Positions 24,401 to 36,400 of a stretch of DNA of 64,000 nt are shown piece after piece. This DNA comes from Macrostomum lignano (taxonomy: Eukaryota): assembly GCA_002269645.1 (NCBI GenBank), contig NIVC01000509.1:247449-311448 (forward strand). The letters run 5' to 3'. The position numbers and the translations under genes were made by a program. The notes below the pieces were generated by a model. That model did not search any database. It had not been told where the DNA came from and worked only from the letters and a program-made list of their open reading frames with translations. Each line of letters opens with the position of its first letter. Position 1 is the stretch's first letter.

Positions 24401-27400
24401 CTGGGGCTGCCGAGTCGTAGTTCCCGAGGCCGGTCGGGAGGCGCTGCTGCACTGCCTGTACCAGGGGCACCAGGGCGCCACGAGAATGAAGGCGCTGGCT
24501 TGAAGCGTTTTCTGGTGGCCCAAGCTGGACGAGGCGATCGAGCGGCTGATCGCCGCGTGCACCGAGTGCCAGGAGATGCAGAAGTCGCCAGGTCCGTTTC
24601 CACTGCAGCCGTGGGCGTGGCCGGACAAGCCGTGGTCGCGCCTGCACATTGACTACGCCGGGCCGGTCCAGGGCCGGATGTTGCTCGTTGTCGTTGACGC
24701 CCACTCCAAATGGATGGACTTGCATGTGATGCCTTTGACGTCGTCGACTGCGTCTATCGAGAAGCTGCGGTCGAGTTTTGCAACTCACGGTCTGCCGGAC
24801 GTGATCGTCTCCGACAACGGTCCGAACCTGGTCAGCACGGAGATGGAGACATTCCTGAGCAAGAACGGCAACCGGCACGTGCGCACGGCGCCGTACCACC
24901 CGGCGTCCAACGGCCAAGCAGAGCGAGCAGTTCAAACTCTGAAGCGTGCGCTGGCCAAGCAGCGAAGCGGCTCCCTAGAAGAGTCTCCCGGTTCCGCCTG
25001 ACGTACCGAGTCACGTCGCATACGACTACCGGGAGGGCTCCCTGCGAGTTGCTGATGGGGCGGAGGCTGAAATCGTTGCTCGACCGAGTCCGCCCTGACC
25101 TGCCCGCCCGGGTGGCCGTACAGCAGGCACTGCAGAAGGAGCAGCACGACGCCCACGTGCACGACCGTCGCATTAATGTCGGCAACTCGGTGCTGGCGCG
25201 AGACTTTGCGAGTGACGGACGCTGGAGACCGGCGACAGTCACGGACAGTTCTGGTGCGGCCGACTTCACGTGCCGGTTCGATGACGGCAGAGACGCACAC
25301 AGGCACGTGGACCAGGTGCGCAAGCCGGCCGCGGTCAGTCAGTTTCCGACCAAGCCGGCGGTACCAGCGGCAGCGGTGCCGCAGTGCGATGCGGTGCCGA
25401 AGGACGCATCCGAAGTTTTTGCTGACGGCACTGCTGCTGAGGCTGCGGCGGAGTCTGACGCCATGCCGCAGCTTCGCCGTTCGATGAGGAAGTAGGCTGA
25501 ACCTGAGCGACTGACTTACAGCTGAAGTAACTGTTGTTGATGAACTCGATTTTAGTACCTTTGTTGTGTTGTGTTGCTCACGTCAATATTTTTTACTATT
25601 ATTGATAATATTAATTTTAGTTAATCCTATTTTCATACGTAAGTGCGAAGGGATGTGGTGACTTGATATTGTGATTTTGTTTTTGCGGTTTGGGGTTGGC
25701 CTGCGCTGGGGGTTGGGGCACGCTCATTTTTGCCTATGTCTTTATCAATCGAAATGTACGCGCGTACTTTGAGCGTGACTAATATCAATATATATATATC
25801 GACTAATTTTGGGTTTTGAGCCCTCGTGAGTTCGTTCGCCCGCCAACCAAATACACTCAGCAACATTTAAAACGCAACACTCTAAACTAGAAGAAAAATC
25901 AACTCACTCAGAAGAGTCAAAGCGCATAGTCTATGGTTCAAATCGAGCTTCAGAAACGCGTGTAGCTTCCTCTCGCAAGTAACAGGGCGATGACTATGGA
26001 CTGTTTTCAGATAGAGTGATCCAGCTGAGAGAATGGTTCAACAGATGACAGACGCGGAAAGATGGCGAGCAGTCGAATGTTGGAAGCAGGTTGTACTCTT
26101 CGAACAACAGCTGTTGTACTGCGAAGTTGGTGAAGCACCGTACCTTTTCTCGCGTGAGCCACGCTTCCAGTGGCTCTGCTCTTCTGTAGCAGACGTAAAA
26201 CTGTTGAAGGCGACCTCCGAAGTGGTTCGCAACTGTTCGAAGAGTACAACCTGCTTCCAACATTCCGACTGCTCGCCATCTTTCCGCGTCTGTCATCTGT
26301 TGAACCATTCTCTCAGCTGGATCACTCTATCTGAAAACAGTCCATAGTCATCGCCCTGTTACTTGCGAGAGGAAGCTACAGGCGTTTCTGAAGCTCGATT
26401 TGAACCATAGACTATGCGCTTTGACTCTTCTGAGTGAGTTGATTTTTCTTCTAGTTAGAGTGTTGCGTTTTAAATGTTGCTGAGTGTAGTTGACTCTGTT
26501 AAACATTCAGTGCTGGCTCCTTGTCTTTACAATTGGCGTGGCCTCATGAGGTAAAGCTCGCTTCCACTCCAGGTTGCTAAGTATAGAACTCCTTGGTTCA
26601 TAGTAAATATGTTTTTTTGGTTACTATGAGGCACCCGACCCATCCCCGAGCTGTTCTATCATTTACGGCTCAAGAGAATGCTCCCAAAAATATGCTATCG
26701 AATTTAATATCTGATAAAAGCATGGATGAATAATATAACTCGATCGCCAGAAGCTCGATTTTTTGGTCCTAGCCATAGACAAGCACCAGCATCACAAGAA
26801 GCTCAGAATGCCGTACTTTCACACATAGACAAATAGCCGCTGCAGAAGCTGCAAACCTTTATTTATAAGTATGTTTAGTAGGATAAGTGAAAATATTGCA
26901 AATGTGAAGGCAAGCAAAGAAGAAAACGAATATGTAAAGGAATTAATACAAAACAGACACGAAAGTAGGCAAGTAAGCAAACAAGCACGTAGACAGACAG
27001 CAAACAAACAAACAATAAAAGGCGAAAACAAACAGCCAAATGAGTTGCAAGCAAACCGCGCAAGACAAATGAGAGTCAAGTAAAGACAATAAATTCAAGG
27101 CGTCACCCGCACAATGCTAATTTGAAGTCACTGACCCATGAAAAGAATTTTTTTGTCAGCATCTGACGCACAGTTGTTGTGTTCACAGCGTTAAGCCTCC
27201 GAAGTACATGCCGCAACCTAATGCAAAGATATTTCTTAGAAATCGCCTGCACTAGAAAATATTGATGGTTTTCTTCGGGTGCTCCATTGCTGCAAACGTG
27301 AGCGAAGAGTGACAACTCGATACCCTGTTGGATGCAGATTGGAAGTAGACGATCGAGTATGTCTAGAGACAGTTCGTCAGTTCTGACTCCTTTCACAGCC

Positions 27401-30400
27401 GACTCGCAAATGTTCGCCAGTCGGCAAAGTGATGCTGATGGTCGAAAAAGACGACCGCGATCTTTGAGAGTAGTAAGCAGGTTGGTGTGCATCTCGCAAT
27501 GAAGAGATGCCTTGAAGTTTTCGCAAGACAGTCTGTTTGTAAGCCATCTGCCAATGAATCCAGCGATGTAGCAGCCGACATTCTGGCTAATGAGGCTGAG
27601 TGCTAATTGCGGTGGATCTTCGATTTCATCTTGTACACTGGCAGAAGCAGAGGTAGAGAGTTCAGGCGGAGGAGAAATCTGTGTCGAGAGGGACCAGTGC
27701 CCGACAGATCCAGTCCTGTGCGCCAAAATCGCCCGATAAGGGTACCTGAACTGCTGAACGTTCGGATTGTTATTAAAACCATGCACCTCTCTGACGAATC
27801 TCACCAAAGAAGTGTTCCAGCGGGTCTTGGCATAAACGGTACGTCAGAAGGTACTTAAAGCAAGCAGACGGCTGATAGAAAATGTCCTGAAGTAACAGCT
27901 TCAGGGCTGTGATATTGTTGCAATATCCTACAGCCCATGTTTTTCGCCGACTCTCAATCAGCGGTACGCCATTAATCGTGTAGAGACTGCGAATGTAGTC
28001 GCGCGCCTCATCGAGAAACGCGAATGTGGTCGAAAGGCTTGCTTGCGACTTCCAAATGGGACCTTTCCAGACTGACGCCGATGGAGTCTTGCAAAAAACG
28101 GATGCAAATTTAAAGGCCATGATTGCGCGTCTTTATGCTATTTTGGTTTAATATACCGGCTCACCTCGAGTTGAAGATGTCGAACAGATAATCCATCAAT
28201 GCAATAAAGCGGACCGTTTCATCACAATTTTGGTAATCCGAAACTCCAAGCTCCTTTAGGAATGTGAGAGCGTCAGCGACGGACGAACTGATTGTCTGTG
28301 CAGCCAAGCAGACCTTCATCTTGTGTCGCTGCCACAATTCAATGCATTTCTTTGTCAGCCGATTTCCGATTCGAACCCCCTCAGCTTCTTGCAGATTGTG
28401 CAATATTCCAGATAGTGCCAGTTGATGATGCGATCGTGAACAACGAATACTCCCAAATCGGCCAGCGAATTGCGCACCAACTTTATCAAATGACTGTTGT
28501 CAATGAATGCGAATATGCGATTTGGTTGCGAACCGATTTGAAAATAAGGACTAGACGGCAGCTCAGCTCCAAGTTTCCTGTACGTCGCAAGGTTCGCAGA
28601 GCAACCGTCCGACACGAGCGCGCGTACAACGACGCCCTCATCGTTCAGTGCGCTAATAGTACGCGTCAAAAGCTCCACTTGTTGAACCGGGGATGTTGCA
28701 GCGGCCAAAATGTACGCAACTGGCACTTTCCACGGGCGCTGAAGATGGCAGGCCATGACAACGATTGCCTCAGACGCAAGTTTGTGACCTAAATTTTTAT
28801 GGATCCCTGAGTCACAATAGCCGACCACTCTTCCTTCGCTAGCTTCCCAACACAACTACTTTCGAAGATGCATGCCATCAATGACTAGAGTCCAGTCGTT
28901 GCAAGCGACGCCATCGAAGAGCTGTTTCGATAGGGCTCCAACCTTCTTGACTCCAGCAATTGAAATGCCAGGCCTGCCATCCACTGCTCCAATCCAAGAC
29001 CGCAAGGTTGACGGCGAAGGGAGGTGCATGAATTTTCTCAACTCTCGATATACTTTTGGACAGCAGAAGTTGATCCTCTCGGCGAAGTCTTTGACGTGGT
29101 TATTGAAACCACCTGTGGTATTTCGTGGTCGTAAAGAAAACAGCTTGAGACCTTCAGAAGTCAACATTTGCTTTACATGTTTTAAGGTCGCTTCGGTACT
29201 TTTCCATTTTGCAACGCGTGGACCAAAAGTCTTAATCGTGCGCTTCTTGTGCTTCAGCCGCATCAACAGGCGCTGTCGGGTGTTTGGTGGTGGGTCAACT
29301 GATGTGCGTGTGGTTGCCGCGCTGCAACTGACAGGCATCGGCATCTCAAACTCACAGTCTCCAGTAGCTTCGTTTGCATAAGAGTTTGGATCGTGGAAGT
29401 CAGTGAGCTCTTGCGGTTCAAGCTTAGTCCACTCAAGCTTCGGAACTGCGCCAGTCATCAGTCGCTTGCTCCTCCCATGAGCCTGCATGTCTCGCTGTTC
29501 GAAGTGCAGCTCACAAAGGAACTTACGAGCTCCGAATTTGAAATGTGGCTTTGCTTGCACATTGCTGTTCCACTGCGCTAGTCGATACGGATCACCGATT
29601 GGATAAGAAAAAAGTGCTGTGGGTTGAGCACAGCAAACTTATTGCGAGCTTCACTTGTATTTTCGAGCGTAATTCAGTTCATTTTTGTCTATGGCTGTGT
29701 AGGCAGTTAACGGCTGCGTGAGCCAGTAGAGCTCGACTCCTTAAACATAAATAAAAAAATGGAAAAAGCTGAGAGCCCAAGAGCTCCAAAAGAACTAACC
29801 AATTCAAGAGTGGTCTTTGCGCATCACGGTCTCCAAGAGCATAATCCGAAAAGTATAACAAGGGTGACAGGTTTCGTGCCTTGTCCACTTTTGGATAGGC
29901 ATCCGATTGCAGCACAAGTTCTGACGTCCTTATTCATCTCGCGAAGCCATCTTTTGCCGCCCTGCATATATTGCGAGCATGTGCTTGGACATAAAATAGT
30001 ATACTTCATAAATAAAGGTTTGCAGCTTCTGCAGCGGCTATTTGTCTATGTGTGAAAGTAAGGCATTCTGAGCTTCTTGTGATGCTGGTGCTTGTCTATG
30101 GCTAGGAAAAAAAATCGAGCTTCTGACGATCCAGTTATATTATTCATCTATGGATAAAAGCCGTTCAATTCATCATAGTCTATGTTAATAAAGTCCTCGG
30201 CCACACTCAGTGGCACAGAATACTACAGAATGCTCATTCAGCCACCCTGAAGAAAAAATCTCAATGTGAAATTATTTTCACTTTGTGCTACTCTTCCTGT
30301 GAAACTGTGGGAAAGTAGTATGGAGAAGAATCACCATAGACGATATCACTCGCATAGGCTTGTGATTTTTGTCTTCTGTTTCTTAGTAATCATGCGTCGT

Positions 30401-33400
30401 AGATCAACGAACATTCTTTTCGTGCAGTGTTATCTTGAAAAATCTCGAGCCCAGTGCGCAGCTTATGGCTGCAATTCCTATGCCTACAAGTGCCCGCATT
30501 TGACGCGATTTCATGCATTTCCTTTCGGAGACAATGGATAAATAATCAGCGGTCCCAGTGCGTGACAACGATTGTCTGGCGAGCGCCGGTGTGATGGATT
30601 GTTCTGCATTAAAAATGTGAATACTGATCGTCAAATTGCAAGACATTGCAAGGTATGTAGTTCAGAGCACACATAGTTGACTCCTCTGGTGTGAGTTTTC
30701 TTATTTGATTTTAGATTTCAGGGATCAAGTGTACACCTGGCCAAATTAGCGTCACGAGCCGGGAACGCGCCTTTTACGAGCGTAAGCAGTGCATATCCTG
30801 CATTGAACCTTTACAAGGACGCTCCTGTTGATGGACAACGAAAGTCACCGTTAGTTCGAAGCATATCGGCACGGCCAGATTTTTGCAGTCCTGCTTCTGC
30901 TGCGCTTCACGATCCTCAACCAAGAGGAAGAAAGCCTGCAACAAGGCAAGAACTGAATCGGAAGCTGGATGTTGCTAGAAGTCAAGTGACTGATAACTGC
31001 TGCCGGTTCCGTTTTCCAACTGCACAGTTCCGAACACACACAAGCATGGCTGACATCGTTGGCGACTATATTCTTTGTATTTATGAACCTTTTATTGTTT
31101 TTAAGTTAAAATATGTTTACAGTTTTTTTTGCTTGTACGGTATGGAATCCATTACTGGTTGAGTGATTGTTAACCACCATAAAATCTTACCACTTAAGTT
31201 TGATAACAATCGCATAATTTCAATTACATCGACTGCTCTAGGAGCTCGCACAAGCAGTAAACTGCTACTTTAATGCTATCAATTAGTTACAATTACTTAT
31301 ATATTTTCACAGGAAGAGTAGCATCTATGATGTTTTAATTCGAGACGCATTCTACTAGTCGATTGAGCATTCTGTGGTATTCTGTGCTCAGTGGTCCTCG
31401 ACTCGCTTCGCTTTGCTCGCCTTGAGACATAGAATTCTAGAAGATACTAGAATTCAATGTGAGATCATTGTCAAACGATTTCGCTTTTGTTTTTACCATA
31501 TAAGCGTGCGGCAACGCAATGGGACATTGCGCTGCACGCAAAACGGTACCTTGCCGCACGCTTCTATGGTAAAAACAAAATCGTTAGCCAATGATGTCGA
31601 CGCACTGCCTTCAAATGCAGCAACGACCATAGACACTCGTGCGCTCCGATTAATTTTAATTTTAAACTTTTGTACAAGTATATGGTCGAAAATTTGGAGC
31701 CTGAGTATAAATGTGCCATTTAACCGTGAGATAGCTCATTTAAATGTGAATTTTTTATATTCTAAATGCAATTCATGATGGTTCTTATAAATTCAATTTT
31801 ACTTTAAAACATTGAATTAATACTATTCGTAAAAGCACTACAATGCAATAAAATCAAAGAAGCCACCCCCCATGCTTTATTTGCAGTTGATATGGAACAA
31901 TTTAAAGAAAGGCTGAGTGTTGATTCGCTGAGGAACAGACAAATTGCTGAACTAGCTGAAAAGCCAGCCAAAAACCTGCACATGGCGCTCATTAGAGACC
32001 TTGTCGCTGAAGATCTGATGTCTTCGTCCATAAGCTTTCTGGAAAGATCTCGTGACAGTCGCACCGTTAAGGAAGTATTTAACAGGCTGGTGGAAAGCAG
32101 GTACAAAGATTCGCAACAAAAGCTTTCGTTGACAGAGATTCTAGGGTGCCTGAAAACAGCTGAAGATGATTGGGCCAGGTATGTGAGAGCTCTGATTACT
32201 GGCAACGCTACATTAGCTGATGCAAAACGATTACTTGGAAACTTGCTGTCAGATGACCAGAGAGAGAATCTTGACACAGAAATCACTATATTCTTACAAT
32301 ACTGCAGCAATATTACAGAAAGCCGTCGAACTGACGTAATTAAGAAGCTTTCTGCGGCTGAAGAAATGCGAAAGTTTTGCAAAGTAGCTTCTGCTCTTCA
32401 GGATTTTTCTGAAACTTTTAGCATTGAAATCACTCAGGATGAAGGATTATTCTCAACAGCCAAAACTCTGAGAACCCAACTGATGGACGATCAGCCAATA
32501 AAAGAGATTCGTCCGGGAAATTTAACTTCAAGGTACGGCTTATTAGAGAATCTATATAGAGAGCCGATGTTGGCAGATTTTATCGAAGAAATTTGTGAAA
32601 GCCGTCAGTTTTTCACTTGGGTTCGTGAAAATTTTAAGGAGGAGGAGTTAAACAGCTTCTTGGAGCATGCGATGATTGAACTTGTAGATTCTGGAGAGAG
32701 CGAACAGGAAAAAGTGCAGCTGTTTGTTTCCGTTGCAAAGGATTTCGCAAGCATCATTTATAGAATTCCCTCCCACTCAAAGAATCTGAACGAGTTAATA
32801 AATCTTGTAAAGCCTATTTTAGATGTAAGTAGGCAGAAACCAAACATCCTGCAGCATCTTAAAGAGACAAGAGCCCGACTTCAATTTCTTAAAGACGTTA
32901 AAGAAAACCAGGGATCAGTGGAGAAAACTACTCTTCAAAAGATTGAATCTATTCTTACCAACGGAGTTATTGAAATTGGATGCCTTGTGAGCTTCAATGA
33001 GCCGTTTCAACTAATAATGCCAACAGGAGATGGCAAGAAGCAATGTGAACTTGACGACATAAAAAATCTGCAGTCAAAGCTGATGTTACTTGCTGGTGAA
33101 GGTTGTGGAAAGAGACAGCAGTTAGAGAGATTCGTTAATCTGATGGAGAGCGCCTTCCAGTTGGTAGACGCTTACAAAGCTTTTAAGTTACACTGCTGTG
33201 TCCTTTGTGAGAAAATCGCTATTAAAGTCAAGCTCATGCCAGAGAGTGAGACAAACGTAAGCATTGAGCTGCGGTACTGCAATCCACACAAGGTGATTAA
33301 GTACAAATACGAAGACATCAAGGATGGCTTGATTTCCTTGTCAAACATTTTTAAGGACTGTCTGGACGAGTGGTTGAAGCTAATTGCAACTGTAAGAACG

Positions 33401-36400
33401 GAGCACACACATTTGAATTTCTTTTCTCTACAGCAGATTAAGTTTTTGCAAACAACTCTGGCTTCGATTTTTTCGTCAGCAAAAGGAATCGAAAGTCTGG
33501 ATAGTCAAACAGCGCACCTACTGCACTTCATCTTTCCAAACTGTGACGAGTCTGTAGTGAATAAGTCGGTGGCTCGTGTGATCACTGAGCGAGCCAAAGG
33601 CTCAGCGGGCTCAGTACACGATGAAAGCTCAATACAAAAAATTCAAAGCGCCCTGACAAATGAAGGCTATGACGAAAAAACTATTGACCAGACTGTCCAG
33701 ATTCTGTTTCGTAACCCAGAAGTAGCCGCAAAGAACATTGACGAACTGATAGAACAGGCCACGGACCTGGCTGGAAAGGTTGAGAAAGATTTCATCTCCC
33801 AGGCGGAAAAACAGAGAGAAAGCAACTGGAAAACTGCAGACCAGGATCTGATTGCTGCGCAGATAGGCAATCTGCCGGCTCACGAGGCCTTCAGGAAGCT
33901 CTGGAAAATATACTTGCACAATATCCATTCCTCACACAGCGACTTTCTCAGTTTCTATGATGTAAATCTGTTTCTTTCGACTCTCGCATCTCAAGAGAAC
34001 AGCAGAAGTAGAAAACAGAAGCTAAATGATGAATTCGCGAAAGCATTCAAAACAGGAAAGCCAGTGTCCTTAAGTCTGCAGTCTGAAAAGCATCTGTTGG
34101 CTGCAGTTTATCTGTTCAAAGAGGCATTCAGTAGGTTGCCACAAATGGAGGAAGTTCTTTGCTGCAGCGAGCACACTGCAGAGGAAGACCTCATTGTGTT
34201 TTTGCATCGAGCAATCCTGGACTCAGATCCCAAATCCTTGTACATCATTATCAATGCAGACAAGCTTCCAAACTATCTGTCTGTTGTGGCGGAGGAACAG
34301 TTCAACAGACTCATGAACAGAGTAAATGGAAGAATCCAATCGCATGTTTTCGTGATTTTTGGCCTAGAAAGGAAAAAACAGTTCCCTTTCTGCAACTGCC
34401 TTAGCTCATATGCCCAAGAATTTTCAACTCAGTCTTTAAAAAAGAATGAGTTGCAGAAGTTTGTGGAAGGCTTCCTTGCAGATGCCGAGAATATGCAAAA
34501 CAACAATTTTTTGTGGATTTCCTCGGATCGTTCCGGCATGGGAAAGTCATTGCTCTGTGAAAACATTTCGGCGTGGAGAGGCTGTCCCAAGCCGTTGGTA
34601 TTCTGCTGCAGTGGCGCGCATCTAAGTGCTGACGAACTGTATCAGTTCTTTTTGAATAGCGCTAACGAGGATTCACCAGTTTTTTTTCACCTGGACATTG
34701 CCAGAGAAGTGCAGACTGGGTTTGACAGCTGTATCACACAGCTAGCAATCTTCGGTGCCATTGTAAACTCTAATGGATTTGTATGGAGAAGGAAGCCAAA
34801 GGACTTGTATCTGCTAGAGCATTCCGAGAACAAGCGGGTGGCATCGCGTTTTCAGGTGCTTAATTTGCTTCCCAGAGTCAACTGTCTCACCCCAGCGCAG
34901 TTCTTGGAGGAAGCAATGCACAGTTTAAAAACATTTGTTCCCACAGAACTGATTTTGTTCACAGAAAGAATCGATCAGTACAAAGCAATTGCATCCTCTA
35001 TGTCATCTGCAGTGCGTGAGGGTCGGAGAGAGTCAAGAGAAGTCCTTACTGAAGCTTCGAGTATTTTGCGCTCGCTGATCTCACACTGTGGTGTTAATGG
35101 CCCATCTTGGTTAGAATTAATTAATTTTTCTCGCTTCTATCAAACCCAATTCAACGACATGGAGAAGTCAGTATTCTGCAGTGATCTTGTAGAGAGAGAC
35201 TTGCCCGGCTTCAAAGACTTTGTTCTGAGACTGCTGTTGCTGATGTCAAAGGACTTTTCTACTCGATCAATTGACTGCTCCGACGAAAGTGGCGCTTCTG
35301 GAGCTGATAAGGAAGAAAGCGTGTCAGCCTTTCAGCTCAGGCGCCACTGGGAGCAAGAGCCGCATCCATACCTCTTGTTTAATGAGGATGGCCAGTCATT
35401 CACGTTTTTTGGATTCACAATTGACAAGCAAGGAAATCTGGTTGATAGCAATACGGGCCAAGTTCTGCAGAAAGAAATGATCAAAAGACAGTTGCGCGAT
35501 GGACTGGTAGCACAGCAAGTTCCAATCAACGAGAAGTTTGATGATTTAAGTAGGGCAGAGAAGATTTCAAGGATGAGAATGGTTTTTGGCTTCGCCGAGT
35601 CAAGAGACTTTCAGGATCCCGATAAATCTTATGAGCTCACCATGGACAACGTCAAGAAAATACTTGCAATTTATATGCGCTTTAGAAGCAAAATCCCCGT
35701 TGTCTTGATGGGAGAAACCGGATGCGGGAAAACGAAACTTGTCGAGTTTCTTGCACGAATTATCCAGCCAAAATTTGATTCTAAAGCCATTCGTCCTGAG
35801 AATATGCGCGTGCTGAAAGTGCATGGCGGAGTTACTCTGGATGATATTGAAAAAGCAGTCAGTGATGCAGAAAAGCTGTCTGAGGAAAACTATGAAAAGC
35901 CTATTGGCCAGAGATCTCGTTATACAATTCTGTTTTTCGACGAGGTTAACACAACCAGTTTTGTCGGTCTTATAAAGGAGATCATGCTCGATGGCAGGAT
36001 CAACGGCAGAAAAATCAATTTCGAGAGCGGTCTGCGTTGTGTAGCTGCATGCAACCCGTACCGCAAGCATCCCATATCAACAATCAACAGACTGGAGAAC
36101 AGCGGCCTCGGTTACCGTGTGAGAAGGGAAGAAACCCAAGACAAATTTGGAGACATTCCTATGCGCCACCTTGTTTACAGAGTAAAGCCGTTGCCTCTGT
36201 CGCTCACTTGCGTTCTCTGGGACTTCGGAAATCTGTCTGAAGAAGCAGAGGAAAAATACATCGAGCGCATGATCAGTTCGCGTCTAGAAAATATGATTTC
36301 TTACGTCGAGAAGCAGAAATTGACGACTGTGATTTCAGTAGCGCAGAAATTCATGCGGCAGATGAATGATGAAACGAAATACGTTTCACTACGAGAGGTG

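Larger units (their letters stand above)
22392..26595. mobile_element. Non-autonomous TIR element (CAAGG ends, P/hAT-like) enclosing a Gypsy fragment
   Basis: ~55-bp TIRs CAAGGAGTTCTATACTTAGCAACCTGGAGT..; flanking 8-mers GTTCGTTG / GTTCATAG (6/8 match, decayed TSD). Confidence 0.75.
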
